The notes under the pieces are model-generated. The model ran no database searches and had not been told where the DNA came from. It saw only the letters and a list, made by a program, of their open reading frames with translations. The position numbers and the translations under genes were made by a program. From positions 200,632,001 through 200,696,000 of the forward strand of contig OX597814.1 in the NCBI GenBank assembly GCA_951406725.2: 64,000 nt of DNA. The letters run 5' to 3'. The DNA is from Octopus vulgaris. Taxonomy: Eukaryota. Shown in pieces: positions 10,686-23,143 of the stretch. Each line of letters begins with the position of its first letter. Within the stretch, counting starts at the first letter, position 1.

Positions 10686-12950
10686 CTGAAATAAGTATGA
10701 AGGTTGATATAGTTTGGTTAACCTCTTGAAGACGGTACCCCAGCATGGCCACTTTCATTTCATTTATTAAATAATGAATGTTGTAGATGTTCAAATGCTG
10801 CTACTGCAGAGGATGACATACAAAAAAAAAAGGGAAAAAAATAGGAAAAGACACAACCGTAATCGAAAATGCTTTCTGTGATAAAATGAACCTGCAACCA
10901 TTAAAAGAATAGATATTGAACACTAAAGTATAAATACAGATTGAAAAAAAAAAATCAAACATAAATAATAAACATTATCTAAAGTATGGCATAGTGATTG
11001 ATTGACAATTCATGTAAATGCTAGAACAATCAAATTAAAATAGCTCATAGCTAAACTAAAATGGTGCATAGGAATCATACTTGCATAAAAATCCTGCTGT
11101 AAACATTTTAATATCCTGTTAGTATCCAACAGACAGGAAAAAAAAAAAAGATCATCTATGAAAATTGCTTTGTAATGATTAATCTCAAATTTTTCTTTCC
11201 AGATCTTGAAAATTTGTGCATTTTATCTAAGAAAATTATTATGGTTGTTATTATTATTTTGTAGTATATCATCTTCAATAGCAGCAGCAGCATACTGAAG
11301 TTGTCCAATGTTATTTAATAAAACAAGAGAAAAATCAGAGACATAACTAAACTTTGATTTAAATCTAGACAGTTTATATCTTTGAGGTCAATACCTCTGG
11401 TGATTTAGCACTATATTGAGTATATCAATAATTATTATTCAAATTTGCCATATGGTAGTCTATCTTTGCAAATATTCACAAACAGTCTCTCTTGAAAACA
11501 TTCAGTGATAGAACCAAAATAAAATATCTATCCCATTGTTGATTTGTGGTTGATAAATTTAAATGAGTTATTTATGGAAATTCTTAAATAAAGTGATGCT
11601 TTATCAAAGATAATTCATCATTATAGGTTTATGACACTATTGTAGTTATTTAAATATACATAAACAAAAATTGGTCATAGAATATCTCAGAGGTAATATT
11701 TAATATTTCCCTCAATGAATTAGTGTTTTGTGGGCACATTCATCAGGATTACATTTTAATATAAATTATACCAATAATATCTTGAAATCAAAATGTACAA
11801 TTTAATGAGGAACTAGAGTTTCAACATACATTTATACATAAATTTAAACACATTTAAATGAATATATTAGCATTTTTTAATAGGAACAGAGATTTCTGCA
11901 AAAAGTAAGTTATATATTGATTTTTTTTTTTTACCTTCTACTACAGCAGCTGAACAACTTACAGATACTTAACCTAAGGAATTAATATGTCATGTGTAGC
12001 CAAGGAATTAATTTGATGTTTCTGTTGCTCATGCATGTGATATACTGCAAACAAAAGCAATGTTTTCTAAGAAAAAAAAAAAAAAAATTTCAAATTTTAC
12101 AGAAAGAAGTTTGGATACGATTACAAATTTAGATGTAGCTCCTTTGCATTATGCACTACTGATTATCATTACTTTTCAAAGTAATGATCCAGTATTAGAT
12201 TCTTACTCTGAAAACTGAACTAAACTATGCTTTTTGAATTGTATTTCAAAATTTATCAAGGAATTGTTAATTCTTTGCATTTAAGTCAATTCTGAAATTA
12301 AATATGTGCATTATATATATATATATATATATATTCTTGTATAGATGTCACTGTATATAATTTACATTACTAATTTACAAGAGTATATAAAAATTGCTGG
12401 TACTCAACAATTTATACACTTGGCTTAATGTCAATATATTAATATGTTTATTGCAAATAAACCATATTAGAAAGGAAATTCTTTAAAATTCTCAACTTGC
12501 ATTCATTAAAACAAACAAAAAATATATATTGCTATATATACTTCAGAATTATGATGAAAAGTAGTGAAATATTTCAATATTAGAGTGGAAAAACTAAAGT
12601 TTCTAACTAAAAGTTGGTTAGAAACTATTCCATTAGAAATTAAATGCAGACATTTTAATTATGTATATTACACTGGTGTGGAGTTGTGGAATTGTATAAT
12701 TGTCTAAATTCCCCTGTTACATTTATCTTTCACAAATTTAACCTGAAATTTAATTGCAAATACTTTCACATACTATTATGTACCTACTCTAGCTTCCTAA
12801 CGTTCATCACTTGCAATGTTTCCAATATTTTTGTTACATCAATATACTTGTTTTTATTTTATTTTTTATAAACTTTTTGCCAACTTTACCAATGGAAATC
12901 ACAGAACCAATCACATCTTATTAGTCCACTTATCACCATATTTCTGCTAC

Positions 12951-12986
12951 CTCATCATTTTATTTGAATAAATAAGCTTGTGCTGT
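12951..12986 (-). CDS. Candidate start-codon exon (36 nt; ATG at 12958)
   Basis: Acceptor gattttatttcag; aataaaATGATGAG|gtagca. Splicing to 10685 gives MMRLVLILLILFVKFLSYNVTEA. Confidence 0.5.
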
Positions 12987-13024
12987 CTGAAATAAAATCA
13001 TCTCCTTCTCGGTATGTTATGTAT

Positions 13025-13850
13025 TCATCATTATTATCAGTTTTCCATGCTGGCATGGGTTTGGTGCTTTAATAGGGTCTGTCAAGCCACAGTGCTGAGT
13101 CAGGCCTCCATGTCAGCTTTGAAATGGTTTCTGCAGTTGGATGCTCTTCCTAACACCAACAAATTTACAGCATGTACTGTTGCTTTTTCATGACACCAGC
13201 ACTAGTGAGGCCACCAGGTAATTTGCAAGACATATTTACAAAAGGGAAAAGCCCTAGTGTGTGTGAGTGACAGTGATTATGAGAAGGAGGGAGATGATAG
13301 GTATTGATCGTTGTAAAGTACAATAGAGAGACAAGTACAGGTATGTTACTATACAAGAAATATATGGCTTCCCTGCATTAAACAAGGGTGGGTGATAGTA
13401 GCTGGAAGAGAAATAAAGATACTTGTGATGGGATGCCAGAGTGTACTCACAAGGCACAAGAAAGTGAAAACAGAGGGAGAATACAGACTGCAGATCAGGA
13501 GAGAATGGAAGTGTGGATGATTTCATAAGAATGTGGGAGGAGAGTGATAGACGGTTAGAAGTGGGTGTAGTGAGTGATGCAAGAATGTAAAAGTGCAGAG
13601 GGTGGTGGTGAGAGAGATAGACTGAGTCAGGAAGGATGAAGTGACAAGCATCAGCATAGAAGGTACAGGAAGCAGCAGTGTCCTATCTGGATAGATCAGA
13701 GGGTAGGGATAGGTGCAACAGTGGCAGGTGAGAGGATGATGAACTATGGTAGAGATGGGTGTTGGAGGTACATAGGGGTGGCTACAGTGAATCAGATGAC
13801 CAAGGTGGAAACAAGTACAAGAGGGAGTTGAGAATGATAGCTGAGTGTTA
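13025..13850 (-). mobile_element. RTE-tail non-autonomous element with purine-skewed body
   Basis: Shared tail at 13025-13230 followed by a G/A-rich segment like 7260-7600. Confidence 0.6.
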
Positions 13851-13869
13851 AACATCAGCAAAATTCATA

Positions 13870-14451
13870 TATTTTGGCTTTTGAAAGGAATTATTTATTC
13901 CTTGTGAATTGGAAATTGTATATTTCTTTGTTTCATAGGTATATGGGGAATTGAAATGAAATTTGAAAATGTGTAACTGGTTACTGTCTTGAAGCTCTCT
14001 ATTTAATTCAGAAAATTCTTCAAAATATGACTTCAAAAAGTAAAATCTGGAGGATATAGAATATGCTTCCCATTTAGAGAAATTAATTTCTGCACAATCT
14101 TCCTTTATACACAATGACAGCTTGAATCAGCTATTTGCAATCACTTGTTTATAAAATATAGTGAATCCATTTCAACCAGAAATACTTGAGTTACATGGCA
14201 GGTGTTTAAAGTGATCAGCACAATATTTGTATACCAAGAACAGTGAATTACAACCACAGACATTCTAGTTATCTGTCAGATTTTAAAATGTACATTACAC
14301 TTAGGTTATAACCTGTTTGTATCACCAAACATTACCTTGATGACGAACTTCTAAATTTCTTTCATTTCAATTCCACATATACCTATGAAACAAAGAAATA
14401 TACAATTTCCAATTCACAAGGAATAAATAATTCCTTTCAAAAGCCAAAATA
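13870..14451. repeat. 92 bp near-perfect inverted repeat with 398 bp spacer
   Basis: 13870-13961 is the reverse complement of 14360-14451 with one mismatch. Confidence 0.95.
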
Positions 14452-14639
14452 CATATTAATATGTCAGCTTTCTAGAAAAAGTGTATCCACTATAACATGA
14501 GGTTCCAGTGTTGATTTCACATAATCAATTGCACAATTACTTTTTTCACATGATATTGAATGCAAACTTACATAAAAGTGCTTTGTTACAGATGTAGGGA
14601 CTAAATTTCTCACAATAATATAGTAGCAAAACTTAAAAA

Positions 14640-15485
14640 CGTATATCTCTCCCCCTCTCTCTCCTCATCACTATCATTTTGCAGATACTACTGATTCATT
14701 CTCACTCTTTCCACTAAATGCGAGTAGCTGTATCCCTACAACAAGAACCTGCTCTACCCCAACCTCTTATCTCAAACCTTAACCCCATCTAACATAAGGG
14801 TGTCCACAACCTCTCCTCATGCTTTGCATACTAGCAAGCTCAAGAGTGCCAGTGGCATAAAAATAGTACCCCATATACACTGTAGAGTGGTTGGCATTAG
14901 CAGGGCATCCAGTTGAAAAAACAATGCCAAAGCAGACACTGAAGCACAATGCAGTTCTTGGATTAATCAGGTCCTTGTCAAACCATCCCATCTACCCAAC
15001 CCAATATGGAACATAGATGTTAAGCAATGATTTTATATTTCTATATATACAAAACTTATGCTCACCTGGTTGCTCCTTGAGTTTGCACTGGCACTATCAC
15101 TGCCTTTCACTTATCTCCTTCAATCATGTATCTCCTCTATAGCAAAACACCTGTGCTTATCCCTCTATCATACTTTAGCCTTTCAACACTCAGCATAAAG
15201 CCACCACCTTTACCTTCTCCTTCCAAATACCTCCTCTTAATAGTCGGAGCTTTTTCCCTTTCCTTTTCCTCTTCTGTTCTTTTCTGTCTTGCAACTTCAC
15301 TAGAACTGGTGAACAATAAAAGCACGAAGTACATTTTGTAAAGTGTTTAGTATCAGGAAGGGTATCCAACCATAGAAACTATCCCTAAGATGACATTGGA
15401 GCTTGGTGAAATCCTACAGCTCACCAGTTCCCCATCAAACCATCCAACTCATGCCAGCATGGAAAGCAGGCATTAAATGATGAAG
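14640..15485 (+). mobile_element. Two RTE-tail repeats with pyrimidine-rich 5' segments
   Basis: Tails ending near 15030 and 15485 (GGGCATCCAG...CAGCATGGAAAGCAGGCATTAAATGATGA). Confidence 0.6.
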
Positions 15486-15597
15486 ATGAAGAAAGCTTTT
15501 GATATATTCTTATTACTGACAAGGATCCTTCACCTATAGATATACAAAAAGTATAGAAATTAGATTTAATTTAAATCTACTTTTGATACTATTTATA

Positions 15598-15835
15598 CAG
15601 GGTGGGGATGCAAAAGTAGGTATACAGTAAGTATCATAACAAAGTTATCATATTTAATTCATTAAAATTATTAGCACATTAGTTAGCCTCATTTTCAGTG
15701 TCATTAATCATAATAATACATTTATTATAACTATAATACTTTTATTGTAACTTTATCTTTTTGATAAAAATAAATGAGTATTGTACATATTTTCTTCTTT
15801 TTTCGTAACTGTATACCTACTTTTGCACTACCCTG
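15598..15835. mobile_element. Tc1/mariner-type MITE (238 bp)
   Basis: TIRs CAGGGTGGGGATGCAAAAGTAGGTATACAG and CTGTATACCTACTTTTGCACTACCCTG, flanked by TA on both sides. Confidence 0.9.
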
Positions 15836-16119
15836 TATGTTTTTCCAACTAGTAAGTCCACAAGTCTGTACAAATTTAGATATGAAGGTCAACGAACTTG
15901 ATAAATCTCAGTTAATTAATTAAAATGTCAACCTTTGGATAAATTTTCATAAAATAGAACTACATTTCTTTCTTTGATAACTACTTCTGCAATATTTTAA
16001 TGACTTGTCTTTGGCAACTTTAACTGAGAATAGTAAAATTAAATCAGTTGTGTCAGACGTGGATTTACACTGGAATGTGTTAATTTTGAGGAGTTTCAGA
16101 AAAGGAAGTAAAAAACATG

Positions 16120-16430
16120 AAATCATGCCAGTGGCACATAAAAAGCACCATCTGAGCATGGTCGGTGCCAGTGCTGCCTGACTGGCATCCATGCTGGTGG
16201 CAAATAAAAAGCACCACTCAAGCATGGCTGATGCTAGTGCTGGTGGCATGTAAAAAGCACCCACTACATTTTTGGAGTGGTTGGTGTTAGGAAGTGCATC
16301 CAGCTGTAGAAACCTTGCCAAATCAGATTGGAGCCTGATGCAGCCTCCTGGCTTTCCAGTCCCCAGTCAAACCATTCAACAAATGCCAGCATGGAAAGCA
16401 GACGTTAAACAACAACAATGAAGATGATAG
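16120..16430 (+). mobile_element. RTE-type tail repeat
   Basis: Three GTGGCA..TAAAAAGCACC units, then the tail ending CAGCATGGAAAGCAGACGTTAAAC. Confidence 0.75.
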
Positions 16431-17277
16431 AGAGAAGACAGGAGAAAAAGATAGAAGAAATCACAACATAGCTCTTGCAGATTTCTCTTGCTCGTAAGAA
16501 AACAAATATAAGCAACATCTAGAACTATGTACAATGAAGGCAGAACTAGCTATTAACTATTACTTGTTTATAAAATGTTGTGAATTTCTTTCTAGAAGAA
16601 ATTCTTAACTTCTGTGACAGGTGTTTGAATGTGATCCATGTAAATTATCTCACCGCTATAACATGTGGTTCTTCTTGAAATAAATATTTTTTTCATTGTA
16701 AAGTAGTAAATCTTAAAAAAACAATTGCTCCTGAGTAAATTCAGTAAGCTCTGAATAGCATGACAATAACCACTTAAACGGTTTATTCATTTGAACTACA
16801 AACTGGATACAACTTGTGTACTGGCTAAAAATGACATTCGTTTTGTCACAGAAAAAGGGCCTTCTTGAATAACAAAGATAGGATTGTGAAACTGATTCAG
16901 TTATTATGAAGGCTCAACAACTGAAAATTAATACACCAAGAGAATATAAAGAAAAGGAAATGTTTTAGAATAGAAATACTTGGACTGAATGGCTACTTAT
17001 AGTGATATATACGAGAACTGAACAGAGAAAGAACATGAGAAGGGGAAAGCAGTGGGAGGAAAACCTTGAATTTTGAATGAAGGCAAGGTTCAAATAACAA
17101 CCCAGTAAATTGCTTCCAACTGAATTCTTAGATCAATCAATATCAGTGATGAAAGTATTGAACTGAAGTAAAAATAGGGGATTGCACCAGCTGCAAAACA
17201 GGGAACTGTATAATTGAGTCAAGACAATGAATATTTACTAAAAATTCATAGTCCGTTTGCCCTTCTGCAAAGTCATA

Positions 17278-18500
17278 TTGGGTTGTCTGGAAAGTTCGTG
17301 CCACTTTTTAAAGGAAAGAAAAAAGGTCAATAAATACTTGCAATTACATTTTTAATCAACCAAATATGAACCATTTTGTTACACATTGCATCTCCATCCT
17401 TCATTTTACTTGAAAATACTCTCTTCCCAGAACTGAGGTGGTTTCATGGCAAAGAGTTCATCAAGGTATCTTTTTATGTCATCCAAGGAATTGAAATTTT
17501 TACCATTAAGACCATTCTGCAGAAACGTGAATAAGTGGAAATTCAAAGGAGCATTATCTGGTGAATATGGAGGATGGGGTAACACATCTCAGCCAAGCTG
17601 CAGCAATTTTTATCTGGTTCCCAAAGAAACATGCAGTCTTGTATTATCATGTCAGAAAACAACACCCTTCCCATTAGCCAATTCTGGACGTTTCTCTTGA
17701 ATTGCTGCTTTTAACTCAGAATTAATTTTCTGGTTACTTGAGAGAAGCTCATAGTACAGAATTCCTTTCCAATCCCACCAGACACAAAGCAAGACTTTTT
17801 TAGGATGAAGACCTGCTTTTGGGGTGGCTAAGGGTGGCTCATGTTGCTTACTCCAGGATCACTTTCTCTGAACATTTCAGTAGATAATCCATTTCTCATC
17901 ACCTGTTACAATTTGCTTTAAAAAAGGCACATTTTCATTCCGTTTATAAAGCGAATCAGATAGAAATGTGATCCAAAAGTTTCTTCTCACCCAACTCATA
18001 TGGTACCCAAACATCGTAGCGATTTGTGTACCAGATGCTAATGAATGACGGATTTTGATAGGTTGAGGCTTTCTGCCAATTCTCGGGTTGTGCAATGTGG
18101 GTTATTCTCAATTAATGATTTGGTCATCATCTGTAGTGGATGGTCTGCCTGATCACTCTTTGTCAATAAAGCTACATTCTCCAGCCCGGAACCTTGCGAA
18201 TCACTTCCGTACAGTTCTTTTGGATAAAGAAACATCACCGTAAACTGCGCGTATTTATTTGGTTGCTTGTGAGACATTTTTCATCAAGTGCCGAAAAATG
18301 AACTTTCTTATCTTCCATTTGAAAGGGTCACAGAATTAACACAGGTTATAGGAACATAAACCTTCTTCCACGAAAATATAGCTTAAACTGTGCTCTAAAT
18401 GGAGGTGTAGTCAAATCCTATTTTATGGACTCAACCATGTTCTAAAATAAGTCGAAAGGTAAGCTTCTATAAATCGGCATGAACTTTCTGGACAACCCAA
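17278..18500 (-). mobile_element. Full-length decayed mariner (DD34D) transposon
   Basis: TIRs TTGGGTTGTCTGGAAAGTTCGTGCC and GGCATGAACTTTCTGGACAACCCAA with TA TSD, 1223 bp. Transposase motifs ENNPHCTTRELAESL, FLKQIVTGDEKWIIY and HPPYSPDNAP, with frameshifts. Confidence 0.95.
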
Positions 18501-18844
18501 TATATTGCAGGAACTACTTCTGTCCCCAAAATCCTATACTGCACAAAACCAGACTTCAAGTAGTGCTGTTACTTGGGCATAAAAAACTGAAACTTCTGTG
18601 TGAAAAACAAAGTCACATTCTAGAAAGAACTTCCGGTTAGATTTCCTGTTTGCACCTTGCGTTTCCTTTTTCCATTTAAACAAGTGAGTTTATATGAATT
18701 TTTTTCCCCATCAAATATGATAGCAGTTAACACTTCAAGTAGTGAATTAGAATTTTGTATTATTTACTAATAATATATTCATTGCTATTTATTTATTAAT
18801 GATATAATTAGAAAATCAATGCCTATGAGTCAATATTTTGTAAA

Positions 18845-19045
18845 TTTTTATTGTTTTAAATTTTTATCTAGTTTCAGCTCACAAGCTGTGGCCATTTGGT
18901 GTTGCTACATGATTTTACTTCACAAATGCTTTTTAGCAATTGCCATTTGGTGCATGAGAGAGTTCGATGCAGCTGCCCTCATCTGCACCTCCTGCCGTGA
19001 AGTTGGTTCATCTGGGACACCTGACAAGAAGAGATCCAGTTTTAT
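18845..19045 (-). mobile_element. 3' end of a CR1-group LINE
   Basis: Reads KLDLFLSGVPDEPTSRQEVQMRAAASNSLMHQ, like CR1-group ORF2 C-termini, followed by a short 3' UTR and A-rich tail. Confidence 0.65.
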
Positions 19046-19146
19046 TTTATATATATATATAAGAATATATAAGAAACACTTATGTGCAATCAACATAACT
19101 ATATTCAACCTATCTTAGCAGGTGAAAGTAGCATTACAAACACATG

Positions 19147-19147
<1 letters not shown>

Positions 19148-19203
<56 letters not shown>
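19148..19203. repeat. (TG)n microsatellite
   Basis: About 28 perfect TG units. Confidence 0.95.
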
Positions 19204-19210
<7 letters not shown>

Positions 19211-19769
19211 TGAATACATGAATTTGTTATTGCAAACAAACATGTTCTGATCATCAAATCATCAACTGTGTGTGTGTGTGTGTGTGTGTTGTCATGAAAA
19301 TTTATAAACTTTGAGTGAACATTAATTCCTCTTTTTTTTGGAGCAGTGGATCTTGAAGCACATAAAGTTATAAAGAATGGCAAGTAAATACTTTGTTTAA
19401 AAAAATCCTTTGGATAGAGAAACAAACATACATATGTTTGGAGGTATTTTGACTGCATATTGTACACACGCTGTTCCTAATAGTAATATATGTATGTACT
19501 TGTATGTCTGCGTGCTTCATCCAATGCACATATTTTCTGTTATTTTCTGTCTTTAAGAGCAGTAAATATTATTCATAGGAATTAGAGACAATTTATGAAA
19601 ATTTAATTCAAAGATTGACATTTGAATTTAGTAATTAACTGGTCAGATCTAAATCAGTATAAAATAAACTTTTATGTAATTACTAGCTAGAAAAAGGAAT
19701 GCACATAGAGTAATTCCATTTAATTTAAGGTGAAATATATCAGTAATAATATTCCAAAATGTAAAGTAC

Positions 19770-20000
19770 CTGTACCAGCGTTACATGAAAGGCACCTGTG
19801 CTGGTGCCATGTATGAAGCACCCATACCAGTGCCATGTAAAGCATCCAATACAATCTGTAGTGGTTGGCATTAAGGACATCCAGCCATAGAAACAATGCC
19901 AAAACAGACAGGTGGAGGCTGGGGAATTCTGGAGCAGGCCAGCTTCCGTCAAACCATTCAACCCATGCCAACAGGGAAAACAGATGTTAAATGGTGGTGA
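19770..20000 (+). mobile_element. RTE-type tail repeat
   Basis: GTGGTTGGCATTAAGGACATCCAGCCATAGAAAC...CCCATGCCAACAGGGAAAACAGATGTTAAATG. Confidence 0.7.
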
Positions 20001-20027
20001 CTATATATATATATATATATATTTATA

Positions 20028-22720
20028 TGATGGACTCTCCCCTCAGTTTTGACCTATGAGGCTCCAACAATGTACTCTTTGTCAGTTATAATGCTTTTGT
20101 TGAATATGACATCGAAGTCCTGCCAACGATTTGCAAAGAAGGCCACAGATGTTGCAAGTATAAGGATTACAGGTCAGTTCAGGTGGTATATTTGCAGGCA
20201 TTTTTCTCCTTTGCCTTGCATCCCAAAGCCTGTTAATGCTAGTTGCAACACCATTTTGACACAACAGTTTCCATTTTGTTCGTTCCAAGGCTGTTCACTC
20301 AAAGGTATTGTGAGCTATCTTCATCTCTAAGAGGCTATTCTTCAGCTTGTCCTTATATCCAACCCATAGTCGACCAACATTCCTGTATCCGCTCCCAAGC
20401 TGGTTGTACATGAGGACTTTGGGAGTTCTTTCATCACTCATTGATGACATGGCTAGTCCAGTGCAACTGTGATTGTATAAGGAAGCTCTCAATTCCACCA
20501 ATCTTACACTTGCTAAACAAGTTGGCATTAGAAATTTTGTCTTTTAGTGAATGACCGCAGGTTATCCTCAGACAATCTTTGTGGAAGATGTCTAGTTTGT
20601 TAATGTGTCATCTAAAGCATATCTATGATTCTGAGGCATACAAGAGAGTAGTAAGAATGGCTGTTTTATAGACCTGTACTTTGATATCAAGTTTGATGCC
20701 CTTTTCATTCCATAGCCAATGACAGAGTTTCCCAAATGCATTGGTTGCCTTTGTAAGACGGTTGACGATTTCACCATCAAGGGAAGCACTCAAATTCACT
20801 GTACTACCAAGATATGTAAAAGACTTCACATAATTTAGGTCTTTCCCATCAACCTGTATAGGAGTGTCAGGAGAACTGAGAACCAGTAGCCTCTGCTTGA
20901 CACCTCGAATTTGTTTAGGAGTAGGGCAAAGTTGGTGGATTACTTGTCTTCTTTATGCTCATGGTCAAACCAAAGGCTTTACATGCATCAGAAAATCAGT
21001 CTAAAAATTCCTGAGCTTCTTCTAAAGAGGTCGCTACTAGTGCAACATCATCAGCAAAAAGGAGATCACAAATGATACTGGTGCGTAGCAGTGTTCTGGC
21101 TTTGAAACACTAATAATTGAATAGTCCACCACTTGTTCAAAACTGGAATTTGACATCATTTTGTATGTTGCCAAAAGCATACCTCAGCATCACTGCCAAG
21201 AAGAGTGCAAACAAAATAGGGGCCGTAACACAACCTTGCTTTGTGCTGTTTGTAATGTCAAAAGAAGCTGAAGATTCCCTACCAGAAATGACCGCAGCCT
21301 TCATTCCCTCATGAAAGGAGATGATAACATTCAGCATTTTGTCAGGTATACAAAGCTGTTTCAGAACTTTACATAGTGCTTGCCAGTAAACAGTGTCAAA
21401 GGCCTTAGTTAGGTCAACAAACATCAAGAACAACTTTTGATTTTTCTCAAGTACTTTCTCCATGACCTGTCGGAGGGAAAAGATCATGTCAATAGGGTCA
21501 CAACCAGAGCGAAATCCACACTTTGATTCTGGATAGATATCATTTACAACGTGTTTGATGATCCTGTCAAGAATGAGTTGAGCAAGAATCTTACTAGCAA
21601 TAGACAGAAGCAATATTCCACGATAATGATCACAGACACTTCTGTTTCCTTTGTTCTTATAAAGATGTTGAATTGAGGTATCCTTGAAGTCCTGTGGTAC
21701 ATGGCCAACCATCCAAATATTCGTGAAGAGGCCATGCAGTTTCTTAAATAACTTTTCCTCATCATGTTTGTAGATTTCAGGAGGAATAGCATCCCTGCCA
21801 GGTGCTTTAGCAGGAGAGAATCTGTTCAATAGAGTTTACCACTTCCAGGAAGGTTGGCTCCAGAGACAGTTCTGGTGTACTGTGGAACCGACATTATGAC
21901 AGCATCATTAGTGACTGAGGTGGAGTTCAACACGGCTTCTAAGTGATCTTTCCATCATTTCAGGATGTCAGATTTGCCAGTCAGCAGTGTCTCTATTCAA
22001 TGAAAAAATAGGAGTAACACCGTGCTCTTGAGGACTACACACTTTCTTGAGGCCATCATAAAAAGCTTTTGAATCCTTTCTGTCTTCAGCTTCTTGGAGT
22101 TCAGTATCCTTAAAAGACTACCAGGCCTCTTTCATCTGTCTCAGAGCCTGTTGGACCTGGCTTCTGCATCTCTTCTAGGCATTCTCTTTTCTGGATGAGC
22201 TCTTATCGTTTATCCAGGTTTTGTGAGAGCTGTGTATTTTATCAAACAACTGTTGTACATCTGTGTTTTTACTGTTGAAACAATCTTGATATTTACAAAC
22301 AGGAAGTCCAAGAACCTCTACAGATACAGAGTGTGTTGCATCAAACCGAGCCTTCCAAGATGATTCTGTGTCATCATTGATATTAACAGTGTTGAGTGCA
22401 GTCTCCAACTTGATAGAGAGCTCAGCCTGCTTTTCAACAGTTTTCAACGGCAGAACATTAATGTGCATAGGCACTGATGATGATGCTTTTGTACAATTGT
22501 TTCAGATGGAAAAGTAGCCTTACCACGGAGAAGAGAAATGGTCAGAGAGATAGCAGGTATTACGAAAGGGACATGCAATGTTAAAGTCTCTAAAACTTTG
22601 TGTTTTTAGTAGTAACAGTTTATGAGATGCCAATCCTTAGATTTAGGATGCATCCAGGTTGTCTTGCAATAATTTTGCTGTTGAGAAAAGGTATTTGTGA
22701 TGCTTAGACTGAATTCCCTG
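20028..22720 (-). mobile_element. RTE-clade LINE, 5'-truncated pseudogene (end of APE, RT, C-terminal C2H2 finger)
   Basis: Motifs TWMHPKSKDWHLI, KAPGRDAIPPE, YRGILLL, CGFR, FVDLTKAFDTV, KQGCVTAP, LFADD (~21050), FTYLGS and YTCNICGLLCKSLAGLRCHIQQKH; multiple stops and frameshifts. Confidence 0.95.
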
Positions 22721-22893
22721 CAGGTGGATGGATGTATGTATGCATATATATATATATATATATATCATCATCATTGTTTAACGTCCATTTTCCATGCTAG
22801 CATGGGTTGGATGGTTCAACTGGGGTCTGGGAAGCCAGAAGGCTGCGCCAGGCCCAGTCTGATCTGGCAGTGTTTCTATAGCTGGATGCCCTT

Positions 22894-22934
<41 letters not shown>

Positions 22935-23143
22935 TCACTTAACATCAATTTTCCATGCTAGCATGATATCTATATTATAAGATAGACCTGTTTGTGTATC
23001 CACTTTTCATGTGAAAACAGCTGCATGAATTGCTTCAATACTTAGGATACATGAATAATTTGACCTCGGATACATAAGAACTTCAATTTATTTTTATACT
23101 AAAAATAAATAATATTGCTTTATATATATATATATATATGATT

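Noticed and set aside
21137-21829. 230 aa RT ORF as an active or domesticated gene
   Set aside because: It is flanked by stops and frameshifts within a truncated RTE LINE, and the FADD motif lies outside this ORF.
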